This document shows positions 50,634-62,065 of a DNA stretch of 64,000 bases, piece after piece. The notes beneath the pieces were generated by a model that was given only the letters and a program-made list of their open reading frames with translations, made no database searches and was not told where the DNA came from. Each line of letters starts with the position of its first letter. Position 1 is the first letter of the stretch. Source of the stretch: Collinsella sp. (GTDB taxonomy: Bacteria; Actinomycetota; Coriobacteriia; Coriobacteriales; Coriobacteriaceae); NCBI GenBank assembly GCA_019419505.1, contig DXZS01000024.1, positions 118,477-182,476 of the forward strand, read 5' to 3'. Made by a program: the position numbers and the translations under genes.

Positions 50634-51922
50634 TCACCTTCGTTTCTGTAATCGACTCCGAGCGAGCGCACAAGCCCCTCCACGTTGGCCTCCAAACGGA
50701 AGTCCCTCTCCCAAACGGCCCTTGCAGCGCGCCTCATAGAAGACCCTTCGGCCTTGCCCAAAAAGACGAATCGCTTTATGGCCGCGGCGACATCTTCCGG
50801 TCCACAGTCGCTAGGTAGGAGAAAGCCGTTGACGCCATCGCTTACTATCTCGTGGGTTCCGCCAACGTCCGTGGCGATGACGGGAATGCCGAATCCGCAG
50901 GCCTCCATGATCGAAAGCGGCAGGCCCTCGCTTGACGAGACGTTCACGAAGACGTCGAAATGCTTCGCTGCGTACTCCCCCAAAAGCGCGTCGTTCGGCA
51001 AAGCCCCCGCGAACTTCGCGGTGGAGTGCGTCAGCAACGAGCAGGCGGCCCTCGCCTCCTCGAGCTGTGGGCCGTCGCCGTAATGGGTCCATTCGACGCG
51101 AAGCCCTTCGGCATCAAGAAGGGTGACAGCCTTAGCAAGAAGAGGCACGCGCTTAACGTCGACAATACGCGAGCACGAGACGACCCGCAACGGGCAGGTC
51201 AACGGCTCGCCGGACTTGTCTGGCATCTCCCGCGTTCCGAGATAGGAGGTCGTCACCTTGCCCTCATGGCCCGGCCAGTTCGCGTTTATGTATTCCTCCC
51301 CGTCTTTCGAGCAGGGAAGCACTCCGGAAAGCTTGGATAGGAGGTATCCCCGGAAGGGCAAATAATGCACATGGGTACGATCTGCATACAGATCGTACCC
51401 ATGTGCACGCGCAACGGCGCGTGCACATGGGTACGTGCCGGTCAGCCAAGCAGCGACCAAAGCGGTGTCGTAAAGCCAAAAGCTGTATATGTGCGTGGGC
51501 TCAAAGCCAAAGCGGACCAGTTCCTCCGCAAGCACGTCCGCCTTTGCCTTCGCCCTCGCGGCAAAGTAGCCCCGAAACACGCGCTTTCCGATTCCATGAA
51601 CGGATTCTGTGGCATAGGCCTCACGAACGTCCGCACCGCCCAAAAGGGGAAACGCGATCCCTTTGACTGCAAGCAAAGCCTTGTCCTTGGAGGTATTACC
51701 GCAACCCAAGGCCAGGGGCGTCACATTGCCCGGCAGCGCGCAGGTGGGCGCGTCACCCGGCTGCGCCTCGGTCCCCACGGCGAGCACCTCGTCGAAATAG
51801 GTCGAAAGAACGCCTATCTCGTTCTCGAGATAGGACTCAGCGGCGACCTCGCCGCGGTTAAAGGGGAACCTCCTCGTCAGAAGGAGCAGCCGTCTCTTTT
51901 TTTTATCAGCAGTAATCGCCAC
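50630..51922 (-). CDS. GT4 glycosyltransferase
   Basis: RAHGYDLY, SCSRIVDVKRV, NVSSSEGLPLSIMEA; start reassigned to GTG 51922 after the ugd stop. Confidence 0.88.
   Translation of the reverse strand: MAITADKKKRRLLLLTRRFPFNRGEVAAESYLENEIGVLSTYFDEVLAVGTEAQPGDAPTCALPGNVTPLALGCGNTSKDKALLAVKGIAFPLLGGADVREAYATESVHGIGKRVFRGYFAARAKAKADVLAEELVRFGFEPTHIYSFWLYDTALVAAWLTGTYPCARAVARAHGYDLYADRTHVHYLPFRGYLLSKLSGVLPCSKDGEEYINANWPGHEGKVTTSYLGTREMPDKSGEPLTCPLRVVSCSRIVDVKRVPLLAKAVTLLDAEGLRVEWTHYGDGPQLEEARAACSLLTHSTAKFAGALPNDALLGEYAAKHFDVFVNVSSSEGLPLSIMEACGFGIPVIATDVGGTHEIVSDGVNGFLLPSDCGPEDVAAAIKRFVFLGKAEGSSMRRAARAVWERDFRLEANVEGLVRSLGVDYRNEGE
51366..51435. repeat. Overlapping intragenic inverted repeats (A-A'-A)
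   Basis: TGCACATGGGTACGATCTG-cata-CAGATCGTACCCATGTGCA and CGTACCCATGTGCACGCG-N6-CGCGTGCACATGGGTACG. Confidence 0.85.
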
Positions 51923-51927
51923 AAATA

Positions 51928-53199
51928 CTAATCCCTCTTGAATAGGTCGCGGGTATACACCTTGCCGGCAACATCGGCCAGATCGTCGCTCCACCGGTTG
52001 GCAATGATCACGTCGCACTCGGCCTTGAACTTCTCAAGGTCATGCGTCACCTCGGAACCGAAGAATTCCGGCGCGTCCAGCGTTGGCTCGTAGACAACGA
52101 CCGGCACTCCCTTGGCCTTCACGCGCTTCATAACGCCCTGGATGGAACTGGCGCGGAAATTGTCGGAGTTCGACTTCATGGTCAGGCGGTACACGCCCGC
52201 CACGGGCTTCTCCTTGCCTTCGTATACCTTGTCCCACAGCAGTTGCAGTACCTCGTCTGCAATGTAGTCCTTGCGAGTGCGGTTGGCATCGACGATGGCC
52301 TCGATAAGGTTCTGAGGCACGTCCTTATAGTTGGCCAGCAACTGCTTGGTGTCCTTGGGCAGGCAGTAGCCGCCGTAGCCGAAGGAGGGGTTGTTGTAGT
52401 GGGAGCCAATGCGGGGCTCTAGGCACACGCCATCGATGACGTCCTTGGTGTTGAGTCCCCTCATCTCGCAGTAAGTGTCCAGCTCATTGAAGTACGCCAC
52501 GCGAAGTGCCAGGTAGGTGTTGGCGAACAGCTTCACGGCCTCCGCCTCGGTGGTACCAAGAACGAGCTGCGGGATGCCCGTCGTGCCATCAGGGTTGGTG
52601 CGCTCAAGCTCGGCGGGGCCGACGCCTTGGGCGAGCAGCCCAGCAAACGTCTTTGCGGCCTTCACAGCTTCCTCGTCGTCCTTGGGCGCGCCCACAACGA
52701 TGCGGCTAGGGTGCAAATTATCGTAGAGCGCCTTGCTCTCTCGAAGGAACTCGGGGCTGAAGATGATGCGGCTGTCGCCAAGCGTCTCGCGAAGCGACGA
52801 AGTGTAACCCACAGGGATGGTCGACTTGATGACAATCCAGGCCGTCGGGTTCACCGAGCGGATTGCCGAAATTGCGGCTTCAACAGACGAGGTGTCGAAA
52901 AAGTTGCGGTCCGAGTCGTAGTTCGTTGGCGTGGCCACGATGGCGAAATCCGCGCCTGTATAGGCCTCGGCGACGTCCACGGTTGCATGCAGGTCGAGCT
53001 TCCTCGTGCCCGCCTTAGCCTCGGCCAGGAAGAGCTCAATCTCGTCGTCCTGGATGGGCGACTGAAAAGCGTTAATCTTCTCTACCTTCTCGGAGACGAT
53101 GTCGAGCGCGCGCACCTCGTTGTGCTGCGAGAGCAGAACGGCCAACGAGAGCCCCACATAGCCGGTGCCGGCGACTGCTATCTTCATTTTTTCGGACAT
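51928..53199 (-). CDS. ugd: UDP-glucose 6-dehydrogenase
   Basis: [35 protein letters not shown]. Confidence 0.96.
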   Translation of the reverse strand: MSEKMKIAVAGTGYVGLSLAVLLSQHNEVRALDIVSEKVEKINAFQSPIQDDEIELFLAEAKAGTRKLDLHATVDVAEAYTGADFAIVATPTNYDSDRNFFDTSSVEAAISAIRSVNPTAWIVIKSTIPVGYTSSLRETLGDSRIIFSPEFLRESKALYDNLHPSRIVVGAPKDDEEAVKAAKTFAGLLAQGVGPAELERTNPDGTTGIPQLVLGTTEAEAVKLFANTYLALRVAYFNELDTYCEMRGLNTKDVIDGVCLEPRIGSHYNNPSFGYGGYCLPKDTKQLLANYKDVPQNLIEAIVDANRTRKDYIADEVLQLLWDKVYEGKEKPVAGVYRLTMKSNSDNFRASSIQGVMKRVKAKGVPVVVYEPTLDAPEFFGSEVTHDLEKFKAECDVIIANRWSDDLADVAGKVYTRDLFKRD

Positions 53200-53242
53200 A
53201 TCATTCAACCTTTCGTTAAGAGCAGGCACACATATGAAATAG

Positions 53243-54160
53243 TTAGGATTTCGCCTTGCCGAAGAACTTCAGCGCCTCAGAGACGCAGGCGGCGGGCGAT
53301 GAGGCAATGGCCTTTAAGGCGTAAATCACAGCCTGGCCTGGCTGGTTGCTGCGCTTCATAGCGAAGGCGAGCACGGCGTTGTGGCGAAATTCGATGTAGC
53401 GCACATCCTTCTTGCTGAGGCGCGGGTAGTAGCCGCGCACCACCTCGTGCCTTGCGACCTCGCCGTTTACCTTGTTCTTGCCAAGCGAGAGCCTCTCGCC
53501 GGAATGGAGGTACTGCCTCACGTGCACCTCGGGCATGTAGCCCATGTGGGCGCCAGCCTCTATGCAGCGCAGCATCAGCCACCAGTCTTGGCCGGTCGCC
53601 ACCTCGCCGAAACCCTCAGTGCGGTCGAACAGGTCGCGCCTGAGCATATAGATGGCCGTTGGGCTTATCGGCGTTAGGAGGTGCGCGCGCAGCAGACCCT
53701 CGGTGGAGAAGTCCTCGCAATGGTCGAGCCTGCGGTGCTCCACAAGCCGGCCACGTTCGTCATACCACGAGACATCCTGCCAGCTCATGTCGAGGGAGTT
53801 TTCCTGCATGAAGGCGACCTGGGTGGACACCTTGTCAGGCAGGAACTCGTCGTCATCGTCGAGGAACGTGAGGTACTCGCCCGTCGCCTGGCGGCAGGCG
53901 TAGTTGCGCGCCGCCCCGCCGCCGGTCTGGCCGGAGGTGTGCAGCAGCCTAAAGTGCGGAAGGCTCGCGGCATAGGGGGCGACCGCCGCGTCGGTCTCGG
54001 CGCTTTCCGGCCACTCCGGCCGATTGTCGCTCACTACAATCAGTTCGATGTTCTCCGCGCCGTAGTCCTGCGCGGCGATTGAGTCCAGGGCCACGCGAAT
54101 CCTGTCAGAGCGCTTGTAGGTCGGCACCACGATCGAGACGAGGGGTTTGTCAGCACTCAT
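53243..54160 (-). CDS. GT2 glycosyltransferase
   Basis: [25 protein letters not shown]. Confidence 0.9.
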   Translation of the reverse strand: MSADKPLVSIVVPTYKRSDRIRVALDSIAAQDYGAENIELIVVSDNRPEWPESAETDAAVAPYAASLPHFRLLHTSGQTGGGAARNYACRQATGEYLTFLDDDDEFLPDKVSTQVAFMQENSLDMSWQDVSWYDERGRLVEHRRLDHCEDFSTEGLLRAHLLTPISPTAIYMLRRDLFDRTEGFGEVATGQDWWLMLRCIEAGAHMGYMPEVHVRQYLHSGERLSLGKNKVNGEVARHEVVRGYYPRLSKKDVRYIEFRHNAVLAFAMKRSNQPGQAVIYALKAIASSPAACVSEALKFFGKAKS

Positions 54161-54163
54161 GCG

Positions 54164-54964
54164 CTACCTCCCCGTCTTCTTCTTGCCGAACATGACGCCA
54201 AAGGTCTTGAAGAAGACCTTCCAGTCTGCCTTGAGGCTGGCACCCTTCGCGTAGGCAAGCTCGAACTCCTGGCGCAGGCCGTTCTCGAAGGTCGCGAGGT
54301 TGCGCGGGCCCGACTGCCAGGCACCGGTAATGCCCTGCGGGACGGCAAGCACCTGCACCTGTTGCTCGTGCGTAAAGTTCCCGAGCTCCTCGTAGGTGAT
54401 GGCGCGAGGGCCGATGACGGAGAGCTGGCCCGCGAGCACGTTGAAGAACTGGGGCAGCTCGTCCAGGGAAGTCTTGCGCAGGACGCGGCCTAGCTTGGTG
54501 ATGCGGGGATCGTTTGTGACCTTCCGCTCGCGGTGCCACTCCTCGATCTGCTCGGGGCTGAGGTACTTCTCCACGTCGTTGGCGTCGGCGACCATGGAGC
54601 GGAACTTGAGCACGCGGATGGGGCGACCGAAGCGCCCAGCCCGCTCGTGCGCATAGATGGGAGCACCCTTGGTGTCGGCCGCAATGAACGCGCAAAGAAC
54701 CGTGCCAGGGATAAGAGCCACGACGCAGACGCACGCACTGAACGCGATGTCGAACGTGCGCTTCACGAAGCGGTAGCCAAGCGATCGCGTGTCGAGCGCA
54801 CGGGACTCTGCAGCGAACTCGGGCGAGCCCGGGAGGCTCACCGCACCCGTGTTTGCAGCGGAGCCGACCCCAGCACCCGCCGTGCCCTTGCGCCGGTCCA
54901 TGGCCCGAGCAATGAGCGTCGCCCCCACGGGCGCATTATTCTCTGTTACTTCTTTAGCAGTCAC
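54164..54964 (-). CDS. Priming polyprenyl-phosphate sugar phosphotransferase
   Basis: KRTFD, KFRSM, DPRIT, LRKTSLDELPQ, SVIGPR, GITGAWQ. Confidence 0.92.
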   Translation of the reverse strand: MTAKEVTENNAPVGATLIARAMDRRKGTAGAGVGSAANTGAVSLPGSPEFAAESRALDTRSLGYRFVKRTFDIAFSACVCVVALIPGTVLCAFIAADTKGAPIYAHERAGRFGRPIRVLKFRSMVADANDVEKYLSPEQIEEWHRERKVTNDPRITKLGRVLRKTSLDELPQFFNVLAGQLSVIGPRAITYEELGNFTHEQQVQVLAVPQGITGAWQSGPRNLATFENGLRQEFELAYAKGASLKADWKVFFKTFGVMFGKKKTGR

Positions 54965-54993
54965 AATAAAACTTTCGTTCCTGTCCCCAGGAA

Positions 54994-55003
54994 CCCCCCC
55001 CCC
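54994..55003 (-). repeat. G10 homopolymer between loaP and the priming transferase
   Basis: C10 on the plus strand, about 30 nt upstream of the GTG start at 54964. Confidence 0.8.
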
Positions 55004-55051
55004 AAATCCACAAATTCAAAAACCAAATAAATTGCCGGTGCAACGTATCCC

Positions 55052-55642
55052 TTACGTTTTGCTGGGAACGTCCAGCGGAAGCAGCTCCCTAAAAGCGGAG
55101 ACGCCTTCGCCCACGTCCACCAGGCACCAGCGCTTATGACGGTCGACCTTTTTAACGCGGGCCTCTTGCCCCACAAGTGGACCCTGCTCTATGTGCAGCA
55201 CGCCATCTTCTATGCGCGCCACGCTGTTGCGCACCACTCCGTCGTCGTCCAGCACGCTGCGGTACCACTCCTGCGCATCGTCCGGCATAGGCGCATAGGC
55301 CCGCTCCCTGCTGCCGGCAATGCGGCAGCCAAAGCTCAGTTGAGCCAAAGCCCTATCGAGCGCTGCGGCATCGTGCGTGGCGACGAAGAAATATTCCTTG
55401 TACATGGGTTTGGTTTGGAGCGACCAGGCGCCGTCCCGCTTAAACCAGAACTCCTTTTGCATCACAAAAGCGTCCTGCATCAGATCGTGCGGGATAATAC
55501 GGCGGACCTTTTCGCAGGTCTCGCGCTCTTTACCGTTGGGGGTGTGGACCAGATACCAGCGGACGCGGCCATGCTGGCTGTTGGTAGTTGCGCCGTTGAA
55601 TGCGCCCGGCAGTTGCTCTTGGCGCCGCGTTGTCTGCTCCAT
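55052..55642 (-). CDS. loaP: NusG-paralog antiterminator (LoaP/UpxY-like)
   Basis: WYLVHTPNGKE NGN start, PMYKEYFFV, KOW GPLVGQEARVKKVDRHKR; first gene of the capsule cluster. Confidence 0.8.
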   Translation of the reverse strand: MEQTTRRQEQLPGAFNGATTNSQHGRVRWYLVHTPNGKERETCEKVRRIIPHDLMQDAFVMQKEFWFKRDGAWSLQTKPMYKEYFFVATHDAAALDRALAQLSFGCRIAGSRERAYAPMPDDAQEWYRSVLDDDGVVRNSVARIEDGVLHIEQGPLVGQEARVKKVDRHKRWCLVDVGEGVSAFRELLPLDVPSKT

Positions 55643-55731
55643 CTCTCGCCCCTTTTTCTGGCTTTGCGACGCACGCAAATACCGGGGCGTTTAGAACATC
55701 TTCTCGCTCGCAGCTAGGCGCAGTCGCAAAA

Positions 55732-55853
55732 GTACAGGTTTTTGTATCTTTCGACGCGAGCCATTATACATGTTAATTCGGACTGTTTTCCCAGATTGCA
55801 CAAATTGCGGCGCGAAAGGACACATCTCCATAGCCCTCTACAAAAACCTGTAC
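55732..55853. promoter_or_regulatory. Capsule-locus promoter bracketed by perfect 15-bp inverted repeats
   Basis: GTACAGGTTTTTGTA (55732-55746) and TACAAAAACCTGTAC (55839-55853); minus-strand TATAAT at 55763-55768 pointing at loaP. Confidence 0.6.
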
Positions 55854-55907
55854 CTTTTTGCACAACAAAAAAGGCGCTCTACCAGCGGCTTTTTCTCGTT
55901 TTGGCAT

Positions 55908-55945
55908 TAAAAAAGGCGACCGCCCTTTGTGGACGGTCGCCTTTC
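55908..55945 (-). terminator. Intrinsic terminator of thrS
   Basis: AAAGGCGACCG...CGGTCGCCTTT stem with a T-run on the minus strand. Confidence 0.8.
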
Positions 55946-55965
55946 GTTGTTTCTGTTGGGTTGCC

Positions 55966-57729
<1,764 letters not shown>

Positions 57730-57826
57730 GGGTATGTTTTCTCCTCTCGGATGCCTGATGCAAGTGCGTGCGATGCGCTCGGCGTTTTAACTTGCATCAT
57801 TATAGGCAGGTTGCCTTGGTATACAA

Positions 57827-57863
57827 GCGCCCGCCGCACCTTAATGGCACGGCGGGCGATTTT
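57827..57863. terminator. Terminator-like hairpin between the zinc-ribbon gene and thrS
   Basis: CGCCCGCCG...CGGCGGGCG stem. Confidence 0.5.
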
Positions 57864-57962
57864 CTACGCATGCTTCATCGTGTGGGGCGGGGTTTGGGGC
57901 GCGCGTGGCTTGCGCGGGACGCGCGGTGCCCGTGGCTTGCGGCCGGCCCAGCGATGGATGCG

Positions 57963-58394
57963 TTACTGGATGCGAGTTCGGCAGTAGGGGCAGACCTTCC
58001 AGTGCGCATCGAGCGGGCGATGACAGCTGGGGCATACGTTGCGAACCTGGGTATCACACACCGGGCAGACGACGAAGTCCTTCTCGATGGGGGCGCCGCA
58101 CTGCGGGCAGGTGCCGTACTGGGCAAGCTGGCGCTCGCGCAGGGCCATGTCCAGCTCCTGCTCCTCGCGGTCGGACGCGTAAGAGTGCGGACGCAGGACC
58201 AGGTAGGCAATGAGGCCTACAAACGGGATGAGGGCGATGATGCCCCATGCCACGTAGGCGCTGGCGCCGCGACGGCGAGCGTCGATGAACACATAGACGA
58301 CCGACAGCACATACAGGGCGATGATAAAGCCAACGAAGGCATAGACGACGCCCATAAGCTGCGGCGACATGAGCTCGGAGATGTACTTGGACAT
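57963..58394 (-). CDS. Membrane protein with double zinc ribbon
   Basis: PLDc_N-like TM hairpin (DARRRG...YLVLRP) and four CPxC motifs. Confidence 0.85.
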   Translation of the reverse strand: MSKYISELMSPQLMGVVYAFVGFIIALYVLSVVYVFIDARRRGASAYVAWGIIALIPFVGLIAYLVLRPHSYASDREEQELDMALRERQLAQYGTCPQCGAPIEKDFVVCPVCDTQVRNVCPSCHRPLDAHWKVCPYCRTRIQ

Positions 58395-58494
58395 TACGGG
58401 AACCTTTCGGAATATTAACAGTCCGGTCAAGTTTACCACGGGGTTTGTTTATATGGGACCACGGCTAGGCGCGGGGCTGGCGCGGACACAAACA

Positions 58495-58630
58495 TCTCAA
58501 TCTGTAACAGGTGGGAGCGGAATCCGGGCCTAGATGTTACAGATTGAGACGAACGGAAGGGGCGCCAGACTAACGTCTCAATCTGTAACATCTAGAACCC
58601 AAATCATCAGTTAACTGTTACAGATCGAGA
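58495..58630. repeat. Four alternating-orientation 15-bp repeats (BIME-like), 81-bp period
   Basis: TCTCAATCTGTAACA at 58495 and 58576; inverted copies at 58535 and 58616. Confidence 0.85.
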
Positions 58631-58800
58631 CGAACGTTTGCCGTAGCTGTCGGCAGACGAGCTTGTCGACGTTGCTGGGTCTCCCCTCGTCTGCCGTTGG
58701 CGGGTGTTGCGGGGCTGTTCGCCGCATTGCCGCCGCGCTGGGGGTGTGTAGACCGTAGGATAGTCTTATTGACAGCCTGTCAACTCGTCTGGGAGGCACT

Positions 58801-60255
58801 GTGACAGAAACGTTTGATATCGCGATTGTCGGCGCGGGCATCACCGGATGCGCCATCGCGCGGCAGCTCGCGCGCTATGACCTGTCCATTTGCGTGGTCG
58901 AGGCGGCTAACGATATTGCGCTGGGCGCGTCGAAGGCCAACGGCGGCCTGGTACACGCTGGCTACGATCCGGTGCCGGGCACCGTAAAGGCGCAGGTCAA
59001 CGCCCGTGGCTGCGAGTTGTACGGTACGTGGGCGCAGGAGCTGGACTTTCTGTTCCGCCGCACCGGGTCGATGGTGTTGGGCTTTAACGACGAAGACCGC
59101 GCACAGCTGGAGAAGCTGCGCAGCAACGGCCTGGCGAACGGCGTGCCCGAGCTGTCGATTATCGGCCCCGACCGCATCCACGAACTTGAGCCGCGCGCCA
59201 GTGCCTCTGCAACGTGCGCGTTGTGGTGCCCCTCGACTGGGTTTGTCGACCCGTTTGAGGTTGCCATCGCCGCGCTGGAGAACGCCGTGGCCAACGGGGT
59301 GACGTTTATGCGCTCCGCACCCGTGGAGGCGATTGAAGTTGCGGGCTCGGGCGACGACGCGCGCTTTACGCTGGCGACGCCCGCTGGCAACGTGCGCTGC
59401 CGTTACCTGATCAACGCCGCGGGCAACGGCGCCGCCGACATCTCGCATATGGCGGGCGCCGAGGAGTTCCAGATGGTCTGGCGTCAGGGCAACATCGTGG
59501 TGCTGGACAAGGAGCCGCGCACGCTCATGCCGCTCTACCCCGTGCCGACGCCGGTGTCGAAGGGCGTTATCGTGACGGGCACCGTGCACGGCAACACCGT
59601 GATCACCGCGACGGCCGCCGTGCGCGAGCCGGGCGACACGCAGACCTATGCGAGCGATGTGAACGCGCTGCTGAGCGGCGCGCGCAAGCTGGTGCCCGAT
59701 CTGGATACGCGCCGCGTGGTGCGCGCGTTTGCCGGCGGGCGTCCGGTCATTCAGGGAACGAACGACTTCTTTATTGGACAGTCGGCCGTGGTGCCGGGGC
59801 TTTTCCAGGCGGCGGGCATTCAGTCGCCGGGTGTGGCAAGCGCGCCGGCCATTGCCGAGCACATGGAGCTTGTGATGCGTGAGGCGGGCGTGAAACTGCA
59901 CGAGCGGGCTGACTGGAACCCAATTCGCCGCGCGCCGGACGACTTTGACCGCGCGCCGCTTACGCGCAAGGAAGAACTCATTGAGTCCGATCCCGCGTGG
60001 GGGCAGATTGTCTGCCGCTGCGAGACTGTGCCCGAGGCCGAGATTGTGGCCGCGATTCGGCGCCGCCCGGGTGCAATTTCGGTCGAAGGTGTCAAGCGCC
60101 GCTGTCGTGCCGGCATGGGTCGGTGCCAAAGCGGCTTTTGCCAGAGCCGTGTGGTGGCGATTCTTGCCCGAGAGCTGGGCTGCGACCCCAGCGAGGTGCT
60201 GTTGGAGGATACCGGATCTTGGCTGGTCGAGGGACCTTTGAAGGGAGTGCGCTAG
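58801..60255 (+). CDS. FAD-dependent oxidoreductase with BFD-like [2Fe-2S] domain (GlpA/LhgO-like)
   Basis: IVGAGITG, ASKANGGLVHAGYD, GIQSPG, VCRCE...RAGMGRCQSGFC. Confidence 0.9.
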   Translation: MTETFDIAIVGAGITGCAIARQLARYDLSICVVEAANDIALGASKANGGLVHAGYDPVPGTVKAQVNARGCELYGTWAQELDFLFRRTGSMVLGFNDEDRAQLEKLRSNGLANGVPELSIIGPDRIHELEPRASASATCALWCPSTGFVDPFEVAIAALENAVANGVTFMRSAPVEAIEVAGSGDDARFTLATPAGNVRCRYLINAAGNGAADISHMAGAEEFQMVWRQGNIVVLDKEPRTLMPLYPVPTPVSKGVIVTGTVHGNTVITATAAVREPGDTQTYASDVNALLSGARKLVPDLDTRRVVRAFAGGRPVIQGTNDFFIGQSAVVPGLFQAAGIQSPGVASAPAIAEHMELVMREAGVKLHERADWNPIRRAPDDFDRAPLTRKEELIESDPAWGQIVCRCETVPEAEIVAAIRRRPGAISVEGVKRRCRAGMGRCQSGFCQSRVVAILARELGCDPSEVLLEDTGSWLVEGPLKGVR

Positions 60256-60256
60256 G

Positions 60257-61603
60257 ATGGCGGAATTCAAATCGAGCGCGATTGATTGCGGCGTCGTGGA
60301 AGCCGTACAAACGCAAGCCTTCGACGTGGTCGTTATCGGCGGCGGACCTGCCGGCATGGCGGCCGCGCTGGCCGCGCATAAGGCAGGCGCACGCGTGGCC
60401 ATCGTGGAGCGCGAGCAGCATCTGGGCGGCATCCTGCGCCAGTGCATCCACCCCGGCTTTGGCCTGTCGCACTTTAAACAGGAGCTCACCGGTCCCGAGT
60501 ACGCGCAGCGCTTTATCGACCAGGTGCACGCAACCGACACTGCGCTGTTCCTGAACAGCATGGTGATTGGGATTGATTCAGGCGAGCCTGCGGAAGACAC
60601 CGCGGTCCACACCGTCACGCTCATGAGCCCCACCGGCATGCTGCAGCTCACCGAACGGGCGGTTGTCCTTGCCATGGGGTGCCGCGAGCGCACCCGCAGC
60701 GAGATCAAAATTCCCGGCAGCCGACCCGCCGGCGTGTTTACGGCCGGCTTGGCGCAGCGATACATCAATATCGAGAACCTCAAGCCCGGCTCGCGCGCCG
60801 TCATTTTGGGCTCGGGTGACATCGGGCTGATCATGGCGCGCCGCTGCACGCTCGAGGGGATTTCGGTCGAGGGCGTGTACGAGCTCATGCCGTACGCCAA
60901 CGGCCTGCGCCGCAATGTGAAAAATTGTCTGGACGACTTTGGCATTCCGCTGCATCTGTCTACCACGGTCACGCGCGTGATCGGGCACGACCGCGTGGAA
61001 GCCGTCGAGGTGAGTCAGGTCGACGAACGCCTGGCGCCCATTCCGGGGACCGAGCGCATTGTTCCGTGTGACACGCTGCTGCTTTCGGTGGGCTTGATTC
61101 CCGAGAACGAGCTTTCAGTTGCCGCGGGCGTGGAGCTTGACCCGCGCACGCGCGGCGCCGTGGTGGACCAGAGCCTGCAGACGGGCATACCAGGCATCTT
61201 TGCTTGCGGCAACGTTCTGCACGTGCACGACCTGGCCGACAACGTGACGACTGAGTCCGAGCGCGCTGGCGCAGCTGCGGCCGCGTACACGCTGGGGACC
61301 GGCGCGGGCGCCGTTCCGGACTGCGAGCTCTCGGTCTCCCCTGCCGGCATCGCGGGCTACGCGCTGCCGGGACGCATTACGACTGTGGCACTCACCAAGC
61401 TGAACTTCCGCGTGCGCCGGCCCGTCGACGCCGCCCGCGTGCGCATTCTGGCAGGCGACGAGGAACTGTTTGCGGGCAAGGGACGCGCGTTTAAACCGAG
61501 CGTCATGGAAAGCTTCCCGCTGCCGGCGAAGGTGATTCAGCGCGCACTCGACCTAGGTGCTAGAGAGATTATTCTGTCTGTCGATCCCATTGAGGAGGCA
61601 TAG
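60257..61603 (+). CDS. NAD(P)/FAD-dependent pyridine nucleotide-disulfide oxidoreductase
   Basis: IGGGPAGMAAA, QCIHPGFG, GSGDIGLIMARR, CGNVLHVHDL. Confidence 0.9.
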   Translation: MAEFKSSAIDCGVVEAVQTQAFDVVVIGGGPAGMAAALAAHKAGARVAIVEREQHLGGILRQCIHPGFGLSHFKQELTGPEYAQRFIDQVHATDTALFLNSMVIGIDSGEPAEDTAVHTVTLMSPTGMLQLTERAVVLAMGCRERTRSEIKIPGSRPAGVFTAGLAQRYINIENLKPGSRAVILGSGDIGLIMARRCTLEGISVEGVYELMPYANGLRRNVKNCLDDFGIPLHLSTTVTRVIGHDRVEAVEVSQVDERLAPIPGTERIVPCDTLLLSVGLIPENELSVAAGVELDPRTRGAVVDQSLQTGIPGIFACGNVLHVHDLADNVTTESERAGAAAAAYTLGTGAGAVPDCELSVSPAGIAGYALPGRITTVALTKLNFRVRRPVDAARVRILAGDEELFAGKGRAFKPSVMESFPLPAKVIQRALDLGAREIILSVDPIEEA

Positions 61604-61606
61604 CTC

Positions 61607-62017
61607 ATGAGCACGAATGCGACCGAGACGCTGCAGTTCAACTGCACCACCTGCCCATCCGAATGCCTCCTGACCGTAGAGGTAGAGCGTGACGCAGACG
61701 GCGCCGTGGTAGAAGTGCGCTCCGCAACCGGCAACAACTGCCTGCGCGGCGATAAGTTCGCGCATCAGGAGCTCACCTGCCCCATGCGCGTGCTCAGCAC
61801 CACCGTGGCCGTATCCGGCGGCGACGAGGCGCTGCTGCCTGTGCGCACGGCTGAGGCCATCCCGCTGGCACTCCACGCCCAAGCCATGGCCCTCATCCGA
61901 GGCCTAGTCGTCAACGCCCCCATCCGCATGGGCGACATCGTGCTAGAGAACCTCCTAGACACAAACATCAACCTAATCGCCAGCATGAACATCGACCGAG
62001 CCCAAGTAGCAAATTAG
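61607..62017 (+). CDS. DUF1667 CxxC protein
   Basis: CTTCPSEC, GNNC.RG, P.RVLSTTV, PVRT; third gene of the common oxidoreductase triad. Confidence 0.85.
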   Translation: MSTNATETLQFNCTTCPSECLLTVEVERDADGAVVEVRSATGNNCLRGDKFAHQELTCPMRVLSTTVAVSGGDEALLPVRTAEAIPLALHAQAMALIRGLVVNAPIRMGDIVLENLLDTNINLIASMNIDRAQVAN

Positions 62018-62065
62018 GGACGGGGCACTTTTAGCTACTCCACCATCCGCCCGGTCCTCCTCCGC

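Noticed and set aside
58495..58630. Possible mini CRISPR array
   Set aside because: Repeats alternate in orientation, are only 15-22 bp, and no cas genes are present.
58780..60972. 730-aa minus-strand ORF
   Set aside because: Antisense shadow of the two oxidoreductase genes.
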